Of a stretch of DNA of 64,000 nt, positions 53,479-62,998 are shown piece after piece (position 1 is the stretch's first letter; each line of letters opens with the position of its first letter). Made by a program: the position numbers and the translations under genes. The notes beneath the pieces are model-generated. The model made no database searches. It had not been told where the DNA came from and was given only the letters and a program-made list of their open reading frames with translations. The DNA comes from Myxococcota bacterium (GTDB lineage Bacteria > Myxococcota_A > Polyangia > Nannocystales > Nannocystaceae): contig JBCCHT010000041.1 in assembly GCA_039028615.1 (NCBI GenBank), forward strand, positions 1-64,000, given 5' to 3'.

Positions 53479-54249
53479 GTGAGCGCCGTCCAGATCGACC
53501 GCACGCCCCCGGTGACGACCGTCGTCCTGTCTCGCCCCGAGGTACGCAATGCAGTGGATGGTCCGACCGCTCAGGCGCTCGCGGATGCGTTTCGCGAGTT
53601 CGATGCCGACGAGCATGCTCACGCGGCGGTGCTGTGGGGCAATCACGGCTATTTCTGTGCCGGCGCCGATCTACAAGCGATCAGCCGCGGCACGCCCAAC
53701 CGGCTCGCCCCCGACGGCGACGGTCCCATGGGTCCCTCGCGCATGCGACTGAGCAAACCGGTGGTGGCGGCGATCTCCGGACACGCCGTCGCGGGTGGCC
53801 TCGAGCTCGCGTTGTGGTGCGACCTGCGGGTGATGGAGGAAGACGCGGTGCTCGGCGTGTTCTGTCGCCGCTTCGGCGTGCCGCTCATCGACGGCGGCAC
53901 GGTGAGGCTTCCGCAGGTCGTTGGGCTCGGGCGTGCGCTCGATCTGATCCTCACCGGGCGACCGGTGCACGCCGCCGAAGCGCTCGCGATGGGCCTGGTG
54001 AATCGGGTCGTCCCCAAGGGCCAGGCGCGCGAGGCCGCCGAGGCGCTCGCGAAGCAGATCAGCGGCTTTCCTCAGACCTGTGTACGCAGCGATCGGGCCG
54101 CGGTCTACGACGGGCTCGGGCTCCCGCTCGATGAGGCGTTGCGGGTGGAGTTCCAGCACGGTCAACGAGCGCTCACCGACCCCGATCTCATCGCCGGAGC
54201 GACGCGGTTTTCCCAGGGAGCCGGACGCGGCGGCTCCTTCGACGACTAA
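53479..54249 (+). CDS. Enoyl-CoA hydratase/isomerase family
   Basis: RPEVRNAVDG, FCAGADL, KPVVAAISGHAVAGGLELALWCDLR, GVPLIDGGTVRLP. Confidence 0.94.
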   Translation: MSAVQIDRTPPVTTVVLSRPEVRNAVDGPTAQALADAFREFDADEHAHAAVLWGNHGYFCAGADLQAISRGTPNRLAPDGDGPMGPSRMRLSKPVVAAISGHAVAGGLELALWCDLRVMEEDAVLGVFCRRFGVPLIDGGTVRLPQVVGLGRALDLILTGRPVHAAEALAMGLVNRVVPKGQAREAAEALAKQISGFPQTCVRSDRAAVYDGLGLPLDEALRVEFQHGQRALTDPDLIAGATRFSQGAGRGGSFDD

Positions 54250-54399
54250 CGGCTCATCTCGGAAACCCTCGTGGGGTGAGAACGTGGTCAGCGTCGGGGG
54301 CTGCAGGACGGTCGTGCGACCACGAGCGTGACCCGCCCGGACTCGTTTCGCTCCAAGCGTAACCCGCCGGCCCCCGGTGCCGATCCAGCTGCGACCCTC

Positions 54400-55491
54400 A
54401 TGGCTCTCATCGACCAGTCCTTCTCCCTTCGCTGCGGGCTCGAGGTGCCTCAACGCATCGCGATGGCCCCGCTGACCAACATCCAGAGCGAACCGGATGG
54501 CACCCTCGGGGAGCAAGAGCTGCGGTGGCTCGTGCGACGGGCTCGGGATGGCTTTCGCTGGATCAGCACCTGCGCCGCGTTCGTCAGCGAGGAGGGCCAT
54601 GCATGGCGAGGGCAGCTCGGAATCTCCAATGACGCTCAGCTACCGGGGCTCCGCCGGCTCGCCTCCGCGCTGCGGGGCCACGGCGCGGCGGCGGTCGTGC
54701 AGCTGCACCACGGAGGTGCCAAGGCGGACCTCGCTCCCGACCGTCGACTGAGCACTGCGGACGGAGGCCCCCAAGACAGCCGCGGCGCCTCCGAGGCCGA
54801 CATCCACCGCGTCATCGAGGACTTCGTGGCCGCCGCCCAGCGTGCCGAGCACGCCGGGTTCGCGGGCGTGGAGATCCATGGCGCCAACGGCTACCTGTTC
54901 ACGCAGTTCCTCGCCCCCGAGGACAACCCCCGCACCGATGCCTACGGCGGTGACCTGCCGGGGCGGGCGCGCTTCCTTCGGGAGACGCTCCGGGCCGTCC
55001 GAACCAGCGTCAGCCCGGGCTTCGCGGTGGGCGTCCGCATCTCACCCGTCGACGTGTGGAGCCGGCGGGGGCTCGTCCTCGCCGATGGTGTGCAGGTGGG
55101 CCAGTGGCTCGCCGACGACGGAGCGGACTTCGTGCACCTGTCGCTCATGGACGCCGGCGGTCCCGCCCCCCACGAGCCTGATGCCGGTCTCGTCGCTCGT
55201 GCGTTCCGCGACGCGCTGCCCGGCGACGTGCCGATCTTCGCCGCTGGCGGCATCTGGACCCGCGAGGACGCGCAGCGGGCCACCGAGGCCGGCGTCGACG
55301 TCGTCGTGCTGGGTCGAGCCGCGATTGCCCACCCCGACTGGCCGAGCGCCTCGGCCGACGCCAACTTCCAACCCGCGCGCCCCGTGTGGTCACGGAAGCA
55401 CATGCAAGAGGTCGACGTCGGTGACCGCTTGCTCGAGTACCTGGGCGGCTTCCCGGGCATGCTCGAAGGTGGAGCGCCCCCCCGGGGCTAG
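54400..55491 (+). CDS. NADH:flavin oxidoreductase (old yellow enzyme family)
   Basis: RIAMAPLT, VQLHHGG, GFAGVEIHGANGYL..QFL...N.RTD.YGG, GVRISP, LGRAAI. Confidence 0.93.
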   Translation: MALIDQSFSLRCGLEVPQRIAMAPLTNIQSEPDGTLGEQELRWLVRRARDGFRWISTCAAFVSEEGHAWRGQLGISNDAQLPGLRRLASALRGHGAAAVVQLHHGGAKADLAPDRRLSTADGGPQDSRGASEADIHRVIEDFVAAAQRAEHAGFAGVEIHGANGYLFTQFLAPEDNPRTDAYGGDLPGRARFLRETLRAVRTSVSPGFAVGVRISPVDVWSRRGLVLADGVQVGQWLADDGADFVHLSLMDAGGPAPHEPDAGLVARAFRDALPGDVPIFAAGGIWTREDAQRATEAGVDVVVLGRAAIAHPDWPSASADANFQPARPVWSRKHMQEVDVGDRLLEYLGGFPGMLEGGAPPRG

Positions 55492-55528
55492 CGGTCCGCC
55501 GCCGCCCGGCCCACGATTGCGAACAGGG

Positions 55529-55813
55529 CTACGGTCCGATCAACGCCTGGGTCGACAACACGGAACCGGTCTCGGGATCGAGCACCGCCACCACCAGGTG
55601 CGTCTTCACTCGGCGTTCGGTGAGCAGCACGATGAGCCCCTCGGGCCCGACGAACGCCTCGTGGGGCTCGGGCAGCGTGCCCTCGAATTCGTGCTCGGCC
55701 GGTCGCATCGCGTTCACGGGGGTCGTCCATCGACGACCACTGCTGCGGGTCGAGCGGGTGATTCCAACCCGTTGCGCGACCGCGTCGATGGCTGAGGTGC
55801 CCACGACAGCCAC
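55529..55813 (-). pseudogene. Possible gene fragment (beta-propeller-like C-terminus)
   Basis: ...LVVAVLDPETGSVLS resembles a PQQ-type blade. No convincing start, and the frame is closed shortly upstream. Confidence 0.25.
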
Positions 55814-55928
55814 CGCGCCCGCCCGTACGAGCGCGCCTACGAAATACGCGGTGTACCTCGAGAGTGGGCAACGCGGCCGCCGTCGGCGGGGACCACGTCA
55901 TCTCCTCGCGATGGTCTCGAGATGAGCG

Positions 55929-56615
55929 TCAGGCCTGGCCGCGCTTGGGTTTGCGACCACGGTCCTGCAGCGCGATCAGGCGACGGAACAAGCCCGGTCG
56001 GTGCAGGACCGAGGCGCCTCCCAACAAGGTGAGGGTAGCCGAGTACAGCGCCTCGTCTTCGAAGCCCGGTCCGTTGGTCCGTCGACGGGCCCACGACTCC
56101 AGCGCGACGAAGAAGCCATCGTGGAGTCGACGACCGAGGCGCACGGGATCGATCTCGAGCTCCAACGCGCCCTCGGCCCGCGCTCGCTCGAGCAACGGCA
56201 GGGCCATCTGCTCCGCCCGCAGCATCGCGGGCAGCGATGAAGCGCCGACCTGCCCGCGATGCTCGTGCACGGCCAACGCGAGCGCACGAAACGAGGGCGC
56301 GTCTTGCCGGGCGAGTCGCACCGCGGTTCGGGTCCTCTCGAGGATCGCCTCCAGGGGGTCGGCCGCGTCGACGAGGTGCGCGGTGGCGGTCGCGAGCCGA
56401 CCGAGCCCGTGGTCGACCAGCGCCCCGAGCACCGCGTCGCGATCGCCGATGAGGTTGTAGATGGTGTTGACGCTCAGCCCCGCCTCGTCGGCGAGCTTTC
56501 GCATCGACAGCGCCGCGGCGCCTCCGTTCGCGACCAGCGTGCGCGCCCCGGCCATGATCCGCGCCCGTCGATCCGCCTGGCTGCGCTGAAGCTGCGTCGT
56601 GCCGTCGCTGGCCAT
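55929..56615 (-). CDS. TetR/AcrR family transcriptional regulator
   Basis: RARIMAGARTLVANGGAAALSMRKLADEAGLSVNTIYNLIGDRDAVL HTH. Confidence 0.92.
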   Translation of the reverse strand: MASDGTTQLQRSQADRRARIMAGARTLVANGGAAALSMRKLADEAGLSVNTIYNLIGDRDAVLGALVDHGLGRLATATAHLVDAADPLEAILERTRTAVRLARQDAPSFRALALAVHEHRGQVGASSLPAMLRAEQMALPLLERARAEGALELEIDPVRLGRRLHDGFFVALESWARRRTNGPGFEDEALYSATLTLLGGASVLHRPGLFRRLIALQDRGRKPKRGQA

Positions 56616-56666
56616 GAGCTGACACAGCGTGTCAGTTCATGTGCCGAAGTCCAGCCCAATCCCGAT

Positions 56667-57239
56667 TCAGGGCTCGTTGGGGGCTTCGTCGGCCGCGGGC
56701 ACGCGCTCCAGCGCGCCCGGCAACGCCGGCAGCTCGACCACTTCGCCCTCGAACGCCTGGTCGAGATCGACGAAGCGCATCAGGTTGGTCCCCTGCCCGA
56801 TCGCGGGCCACGAGGGCAAGGGCGCCCGGGCCTGGCCCTGTTCGTCGAGCATGTGGCTGCGGTCGGTACACAGCGTGGCTCGGTAGCGCGCGGCGGAGAT
56901 CACTCGGCACCGAGCGGTGAACGGCGCCTCGAAGCCCGCGGGAAACGCCAAACTCTGCCGCAGGTAGATCGACATCGGCACGGGCATGCCGAGGGTGGAG
57001 TCGACGTCCCAGATCATCCACCCCGTCGGGCCGCGTGCGGCCATTACCACATGGTAATCCCAGACTACGGGCTGCTGAGGGGCAGGTGCGGCGCGTTGGT
57101 GCATCACCGCCACCGTGCGCGACGAGTTGGAGATGAAGATCGCGGCCCGCGGCTGCCCCTGCACCAACGGGTCCGCACACATCTGCCAGACGTTCTCCTC
57201 GCAGTAATAGGGCGCGGGCGTGAAGGATGGAGTGGTCAT
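56667..57239 (-). CDS. Protein N-terminal glutamine amidohydrolase homolog (WDYHV/NTAQ1 family)
   Basis: YYCEENVW, FISN, VVWDYHV, WDVDSTL..P, DRSHM, P.P.WP.I, NL..F.D in the order seen in NTAQ1; ATG 57239. Confidence 0.88.
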   Translation of the reverse strand: MTTPSFTPAPYYCEENVWQMCADPLVQGQPRAAIFISNSSRTVAVMHQRAAPAPQQPVVWDYHVVMAARGPTGWMIWDVDSTLGMPVPMSIYLRQSLAFPAGFEAPFTARCRVISAARYRATLCTDRSHMLDEQGQARAPLPSWPAIGQGTNLMRFVDLDQAFEGEVVELPALPGALERVPAADEAPNEP

Positions 57240-57379
57240 CGGAAAGCCGGGGATTCGGAGAGCGAATCGTACCGCACAACTCGCCGCAACCATCACGGGC
57301 ACGACCACGGGTGGCCCTGCGTGGAGTCGAACTGCGATACCGTTACGACTGGCGTAGTGGCCCAACGGGAGTCTCGACC

Positions 57380-58318
57380 ATGCCACACCAGCTGTGGGCA
57401 ACGTTCAGTGTCAAAGACCATTGTCGGCGGGGTTCGTTCATCGCGGAGGTCCTGCTCTACGACAAGTTGATCATCCCGGTCGTCCCGAAGGCCGAGGATG
57501 GCCTGCCCGAGGAAGAGGCCACCAAGGAATGGCAGCGGTGGACGGACAACGGGTGGGACCCCGAGCGACAGGACCGAGTCGTGGCGATCCTGGGAGACCT
57601 CGCCCGCCCGGTTCCCTGGATCCGAGAGCGCCAGGACGAATGGCAGCAAGAGAAAGTGCAGCAAGTGGCCGCCGATGCGCGCCGCGATGGCTATTTCATG
57701 ACCGGGACCGTGCTGGAGCGCTTCGCCCCAGCCATGGCCGAGACGGTGGTCGCGGTGTCGCACTACGACGACGTCGAAGCGCTGAAGCGAGGGCAGCACA
57801 TCCGCCGCACGACGCCCGAAGACAAGCTGCCTGGTAGCACCGTACTCGCCGTCCTCGGCCGTGAGTTGCTGGTGCCCGATCACGTGGGCAAAGACGACTT
57901 CGGCGCGCTGGAGGACGCGGTCGAGGTCGCTCGCACCACCGACTATCGCCAGCGTCGACGGTTGCTCTACGAATGGCAGAGGGACTTCATCAAAGACGGA
58001 GACTTCACCGACGCGACCGCGGTCATCGAAGCCGTCGAACACATGAAGACGCTCGTCGCCGACCTGGAGGAAGCCACTCGGCGCGCCAAACGATGGACCA
58101 CGATCAAGAAGATCTTCTCGTTCTTCAAGCTCGGCACGAAGGTCGCCTCGGTGACCGCGCCCGCCCTGGCTCCGATCACCAAGGGCGCAGAAGTGGTGGT
58201 GGACATCGGCACCTTCGCCGCGAACGCAATGGACAACGACCCGGTGCCGAGCGACGAGGGGCTGCCAGCCGCGACCTTGCTGCTCGATGCACGGCAACGG
58301 CTGGAGATCGAACAATGA
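57380..58318 (+). CDS. Hypothetical protein
   Basis: 312-aa ORF from ATG 57380 with GGAG upstream; WATFSV.DH, LLYDKLIIP; no family confidently recognised. Confidence 0.8.
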   Translation: MPHQLWATFSVKDHCRRGSFIAEVLLYDKLIIPVVPKAEDGLPEEEATKEWQRWTDNGWDPERQDRVVAILGDLARPVPWIRERQDEWQQEKVQQVAADARRDGYFMTGTVLERFAPAMAETVVAVSHYDDVEALKRGQHIRRTTPEDKLPGSTVLAVLGRELLVPDHVGKDDFGALEDAVEVARTTDYRQRRRLLYEWQRDFIKDGDFTDATAVIEAVEHMKTLVADLEEATRRAKRWTTIKKIFSFFKLGTKVASVTAPALAPITKGAEVVVDIGTFAANAMDNDPVPSDEGLPAATLLLDARQRLEIEQ

Positions 58319-60312
58319 GCGAGCGCGAGACCGTCGTGACCCTGTCCTGTCGAACCATGGCCGCGTGCCTCCCCTGCGTCGTGCTCGGGTGCGCACAACC
58401 GGAGCTCGACCCCGAGGTGGGACCAGCCCCGCAGGTGCAGCCCGATCTGCCCGAGGACCTGTGCGTGACCCCGCTGTCCGCCGACGAGCCCTACTGCAAC
58501 TCGAGCCTGGCCGATGGGCCCTGGGCCATGTCGCATCGCACGAGCTACGCCCAGGGCTCGTCGCCGCTGCCCGCCCCTGCCGCCGACGCAGTGAGCACGG
58601 CCGCCCGCCAGCAGGTGCCGGGCATCCCCGTGGTCTTGGCCACCACCGCGCCCTACGAGGACGGCGGTCGGGCGATCTGGGCCGCGGTGCAGGGCTTCGA
58701 CAACGCCATCGCCAAGCTGGATCACGAACGCTTCGAGATGGTCGACATCTACGTGCCGGCCGAGCGCGAGGACGACCCGCCCATGATCCCGCTGGGACTG
58801 ACGGGGGCCTACTCCCTCGTGGATGCGCAGGGGCGCTTCGTGGTGGCGCGTGCCCGGCTGCTGTCGCGCTACGGCGACGAAGTCCCGGGCCAGCGCGACT
58901 CGGCCATCGCCCTGCAAGACCGCACCACCCTGCCCGACGCGTGGTTCTGCACGGCCGACGATCTGGTGGCGGGCATCGGCCTCGCCTACGACGGCGCCCT
59001 CATCCTCGTCACCGAGCAGGGCCAGGTCATCGCGGTCGACGAAGGCCCCGAAGGCCTCGACCAAGCGGGAGCTCGCATCGCCTCGATCAACGGCCCGCGC
59101 TGCACCGACGGCACGCCCGCCGAAGAGCTCGAGGTCGTCTCCAACAACGTGGCCATCGACGAGTCGGGCGGGATCTTCGTGGTCTCGAGTACCTCGATGC
59201 ATCGCTTCGACCACCGCGACGGGACCCTGCAGCCGCGCTGGTCCGCGCCCTACGAAGGGGAAGGCAACCTCAGCCCGATTCGGCTCGGGCCGGGCTCGGG
59301 CTCGACCCCCAGCCTGATGGGTACACGCGCCGACGAGGACCGCTTCATCATCCTCACCGATGGCCAGCAGCTGATGCACCTGGTGTTCATGTGGGCGGAC
59401 GACATCCCCGAAGGGTGGACCCCCATCGCCGAGGGCAAGGACCCGCGCATCGCCTGCGAGGTGCCCATTCGCTTCGGCGACGCTTCGGCCACCGACTCGA
59501 TTTCCGAGCAATCGGTGCTGGTCCGAGGCCACGCCGCGGTGGTGGTCAACAACCTGGTCACGGACCCCACGCTGCTGGACGGAATCGCGGCGATTCAGAA
59601 CGTGGTGACCGCCCTGGAGAGCGGCGTCCCGGACAAGCAACCCTTCGGCATCCAGCGCGTCGACTGGGATCCCGAGGCCCGCGATTGCGTGGTGACCTGG
59701 GAAAATCCCGACATCAGCATCCCCAACGGCATCCCCACCATGAGCACCGCGACGGGGCTGTTTTATGGCATCGGCAAGCGCGACGGCGCGTGGGGCCTGG
59801 AGGCGGTGGACTTCGAGACGGGGCAGTCGCGAGGTTTTTCGCCCACCACCACGCAGTGTCCCGAGGACTACGCCGCGTTCGGTCCCGCCGCCGCGATCCC
59901 GGAGGTCGTGGCCGCGCTGCAGGCCGAGCCGCAGTACTGCGAGAACTCGCTGTACGCCGCGACCACGGTGGGCCCCGACGGCATGATCTACACGGGCACG
60001 CTGGGCGGCATCACCCGCTATGTGCCCGACACGGTCGGCGAAGCGAGCGTGGAGAGCCAGGTCGCCGGGGCCTTGGCTCAAGCCGACGACCTCATCGGGC
60101 GCGCGCAGCAGGGGGCCGATTCACAGCTCTTCGACGCGACCGAGGCCATGCAGCGCGCGCTGCTCCAGGTGCGCGAGCTCGGAGCCCTGGAGCTCGACGA
60201 AGACACCGAGGCCACCCGAGCGGAGGTCGAGGACGCCCTGGTCGTGGCCCTGCTCACCGAAGACGAGGCCGAGCGCGAGCAGGCCCTCGCCCGCGCCCGC
60301 GAAGTGCTATGA
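58315..60312 (+). CDS. Hypothetical lipoprotein, probable beta-propeller
   Basis: VLG-C lipobox; repeated beta-strand motifs (SNNVAIDESGGIFVV, GSGSTPSLMG, TVGPDGMIYTG); ATGA overlap. Confidence 0.75.
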   Translation: MSERETVVTLSCRTMAACLPCVVLGCAQPELDPEVGPAPQVQPDLPEDLCVTPLSADEPYCNSSLADGPWAMSHRTSYAQGSSPLPAPAADAVSTAARQQVPGIPVVLATTAPYEDGGRAIWAAVQGFDNAIAKLDHERFEMVDIYVPAEREDDPPMIPLGLTGAYSLVDAQGRFVVARARLLSRYGDEVPGQRDSAIALQDRTTLPDAWFCTADDLVAGIGLAYDGALILVTEQGQVIAVDEGPEGLDQAGARIASINGPRCTDGTPAEELEVVSNNVAIDESGGIFVVSSTSMHRFDHRDGTLQPRWSAPYEGEGNLSPIRLGPGSGSTPSLMGTRADEDRFIILTDGQQLMHLVFMWADDIPEGWTPIAEGKDPRIACEVPIRFGDASATDSISEQSVLVRGHAAVVVNNLVTDPTLLDGIAAIQNVVTALESGVPDKQPFGIQRVDWDPEARDCVVTWENPDISIPNGIPTMSTATGLFYGIGKRDGAWGLEAVDFETGQSRGFSPTTTQCPEDYAAFGPAAAIPEVVAALQAEPQYCENSLYAATTVGPDGMIYTGTLGGITRYVPDTVGEASVESQVAGALAQADDLIGRAQQGADSQLFDATEAMQRALLQVRELGALELDEDTEATRAEVEDALVVALLTEDEAEREQALARAREVL

Positions 60313-60322
60313 CCCCGATCGC

Positions 60323-60892
60323 ATGGCACTGACCGGCGACCGTCTCCCCGAGGTTCGTGCGCAGCGCGTCGCCCTGCGCTGGCTCACCGCCGCGGACACC
60401 GACGACATCTTTCGCATCTACTCCGATCCCGAGGTGATGGCGTACTGGAGCACGGTCCCCATGAAAGAGCGGGCTCAGGCAGGGGAGCTCATCGCCAGCG
60501 TGCACCGCCTGTACGCGGAGCACAGCCTGTACGAGTGGGGCGTGGTCCGGCTCGAGGACGAGCGGACCATCGGCACGCTGACGCTCGCGTCCATCGACAC
60601 CAGCAACAAGCGCACGGAGATCGGCTTCGCCCTCGCGCGCGATGCCTGGGGCCAGGGCTTCATGCGCGAGGCAGTCACGGCGGGCATCGACTTCGCCTTC
60701 GACACGCTGGGCCTGCAGCGCATCGAAGCGGACGTCGACCCGGACAACGCCGCCTCGCTGCGCCTGCTCGACACGCTCGGCTTCGTGCGCGAGGGGCTGC
60801 TCCGCGAGCGCTGGCGCGTGGGCGGCGGAGTGCAGGACTCGGTGATGCTCGGCCTGCTCCGCCGCGAGTGGACTGCCCGCGACCGAGGGTGA
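60323..60892 (+). CDS. GNAT N-acetyltransferase (RimJ/RimL family)
   Basis: R..LR.L...D, SDPEV..YW, EIGFAL....WGQG.M.EA, RIEADVDPDN.AS.RLL..LGF..EG.LRE. Confidence 0.92.
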   Translation: MALTGDRLPEVRAQRVALRWLTAADTDDIFRIYSDPEVMAYWSTVPMKERAQAGELIASVHRLYAEHSLYEWGVVRLEDERTIGTLTLASIDTSNKRTEIGFALARDAWGQGFMREAVTAGIDFAFDTLGLQRIEADVDPDNAASLRLLDTLGFVREGLLRERWRVGGGVQDSVMLGLLRREWTARDRG

Positions 60893-60916
60893 TGCCGACC
60901 GGCGCGACGGGGCGCC

Positions 60917-61912
60917 TCAGCTCATGCGAATTTCGGTGTGCGGCCCGATGCCCATCTGCGTGGCACCACCGCCCGGAGCCCGACGCACCAGCTCGACGCC
61001 GTCGAGCCCCGCTCGCACCAGATCGCGACGCAGCATGTGCAGCAGCAGGTTGAGGTCGGCGCTCGACTTTTCCTTGCCCGGCCACACCGTGTTCAGCACG
61101 GTGGAGTCGGGCACCAGGTCTCCCGCCCAGTAGGGCGCAGGCGGCTTGAGCAGGCACGCGAGCAGCTCGCGACACTCGTCGGAGACATAGGCGCTGTGAG
61201 CCGTGCCCGCGATGTGCAGGTGCAGCCGAGCCCCCCGCGGGAGCGTCTGCAGGTGCACCTGGGTGGGCGAGCCGGGGCGCGCGTTGTCTTGGGGCCCGAC
61301 GGTGGTGTCCGTATGCAGGCGCCCGGAGGTCATCACTTGCACCCGATGCCCCCCGACCACGATCACCGTGCCCGGGCCGATGGGTAGCACTTCGCCCACC
61401 TGGTGCGGCTTCGGGTTGCGACCGATCACCGCCTCCATACCGAGCTCGACGAACAGCCGCTGCTGCGCGCTCTGGAGCCGCAGCGCGGCCGGAGGCAGGT
61501 CGTCGAAGCGCACGTCGTCGTTGGGGCCTCCGCCCAGCGTCAGCGGGCTCTCGTCGACGCCGAACATGCCGCCGCCCACGACTCGCATGACCCACGCGGG
61601 TTCCTGCTGGACGCCCTCGGCTCGCTCGACCTGCACGGAGACCTCGAGGCCCGGCACCGCGATGCGGTCGCCCTCGGCCAGCGTGCTCCCGTCGACCGCC
61701 TCGCCGCCCACCCGCGTCGGCGCACGGCCCATGGCCACCACGTGCGGGCCTTCGGGGGTCACGTGCACGAGGGCGTGATGGCGGCTGGCCTGCGGGTCGT
61801 GGAGCACCACGTCGCAGTCGAGGCCTCGTCCAATGAGCACTCCGGCGCCGGCCACCCGCACCTTGCTTTCATCGGGAAGACAGAGCCACCAGGTTTCCAT
61901 CGAGGGTGTCAC
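60917..61912 (-). CDS. FHA-domain protein (FHA + FHA-like + C-terminal OmpR-like wHTH)
   Basis: LIGRGLDCDVVLHDPQASRHHA...LAEGDRI; a second degenerate FHA (LTLGGGPNDDVRF); C-terminal LLACLL...G.LV....L..VW......L.....LRR.L. Start 61912 or 61900. Confidence 0.8.
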   Translation of the reverse strand: MTPSMETWWLCLPDESKVRVAGAGVLIGRGLDCDVVLHDPQASRHHALVHVTPEGPHVVAMGRAPTRVGGEAVDGSTLAEGDRIAVPGLEVSVQVERAEGVQQEPAWVMRVVGGGMFGVDESPLTLGGGPNDDVRFDDLPPAALRLQSAQQRLFVELGMEAVIGRNPKPHQVGEVLPIGPGTVIVVGGHRVQVMTSGRLHTDTTVGPQDNARPGSPTQVHLQTLPRGARLHLHIAGTAHSAYVSDECRELLACLLKPPAPYWAGDLVPDSTVLNTVWPGKEKSSADLNLLLHMLRRDLVRAGLDGVELVRRAPGGGATQMGIGPHTEIRMS

Positions 61913-62082
61913 GCGCTGGATCAGCGTATCCGATGCGCGCCTTCGCGCCTCAAAGAATGACGAATCCGTAAAACGGAGCCCGTTCGATGCGTCCGAGCAT
62001 TGTTCCGCGCTGTGGGTGCTTTGCCCACCGCCGGCGACGCATCCCGAATTGTGGGGGAGAAATTTACACGCGAGACCGACCG

Positions 62083-62928
62083 CTACCCGAATACGGGGAG
62101 GACTCGTTCTGCGTACAAATGATCGAGCATGCCCTGCATCGTGGTCTGCGTGTGATGGGCGAGCTCGCCGGCGTGGTCCCAGGGGCCCGACGGCATGGCC
62201 TCACCGATCTGCACCGTGATCTTGGCGGGCAGCGGCAGGTAGGGCAGCGCGCAGGTGGGGCCGAGCAGCACGCCCCACGGAGCCGCGAGCACGATGGGCA
62301 GCGAGTGCACCCGCGCCCACCGAGGCAAGCGCAGCGCATTGGCGAGGCGACGACCCTGCCGCAGCACGACCAAGGTCTCGTGCGAGCCCGCGCCCACGAT
62401 GGGCACGATGGGCACGTCGTGCTCCTTGGCGAGGCGAGCGAAGCCTTCGCGTCCGGCCAGCACGACCTTGCGACGGTCGCGATAGGGACGGAGCGTCTCG
62501 ATGTCGCCGCCCGGGAACACGAGCAGCTTGTGGCCTTGCTCGAGCACTTGATGAGCGGTGTCGCGACTGGCGGGCACGATGCCCACCGAGCGCAAGACCT
62601 CGGCCACCTTGGGGTGCTTGAACAAGATGTCGTGCGCGAGGATGTAGACCGGCCGGTCGTACCCGCGCGTGCGGTAGTAGTGCACGAGGAACAACCCATC
62701 GACCGGGCTCAGCCCGCCGTTGTGATTGCCGACCAACACCGCCGGACCCTCGGGCACATGCTCGAGACCACGCACCTGCAGTCGGTGGTATCGCGCGAGC
62801 AACTCGAACCCCCGCACGCTGGCCTCGATTGCACTCGGTGAAACCGGAGTCAGCTCGGGTGCAACTTCGGCTCGCAGTGCGTCGACGATCGTTCGCACGC
62901 GACGACGAAGCGGACGCTCGCGAACCAA
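62083..62928 (-). CDS. Lysophospholipid acyltransferase family (PlsC/DAGAT-like)
   Basis: VRGLEHVPEGPAVLVGNHNGG...D, LVFPGG, GFARLA.....PIVP; start uncertain. Confidence 0.9.
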   Translation of the reverse strand: MVRERPLRRRVRTIVDALRAEVAPELTPVSPSAIEASVRGFELLARYHRLQVRGLEHVPEGPAVLVGNHNGGLSPVDGLFLVHYYRTRGYDRPVYILAHDILFKHPKVAEVLRSVGIVPASRDTAHQVLEQGHKLLVFPGGDIETLRPYRDRRKVVLAGREGFARLAKEHDVPIVPIVGAGSHETLVVLRQGRRLANALRLPRWARVHSLPIVLAAPWGVLLGPTCALPYLPLPAKITVQIGEAMPSGPWDHAGELAHHTQTTMQGMLDHLYAERVLPVFG

Positions 62929-62998
62929 GTCGCGGACGGCTCCCGCGAAATTCTCGAGCGGGGGCGTCGGGGTTGCGCCGACGTTGCCAAGGCCGGCG

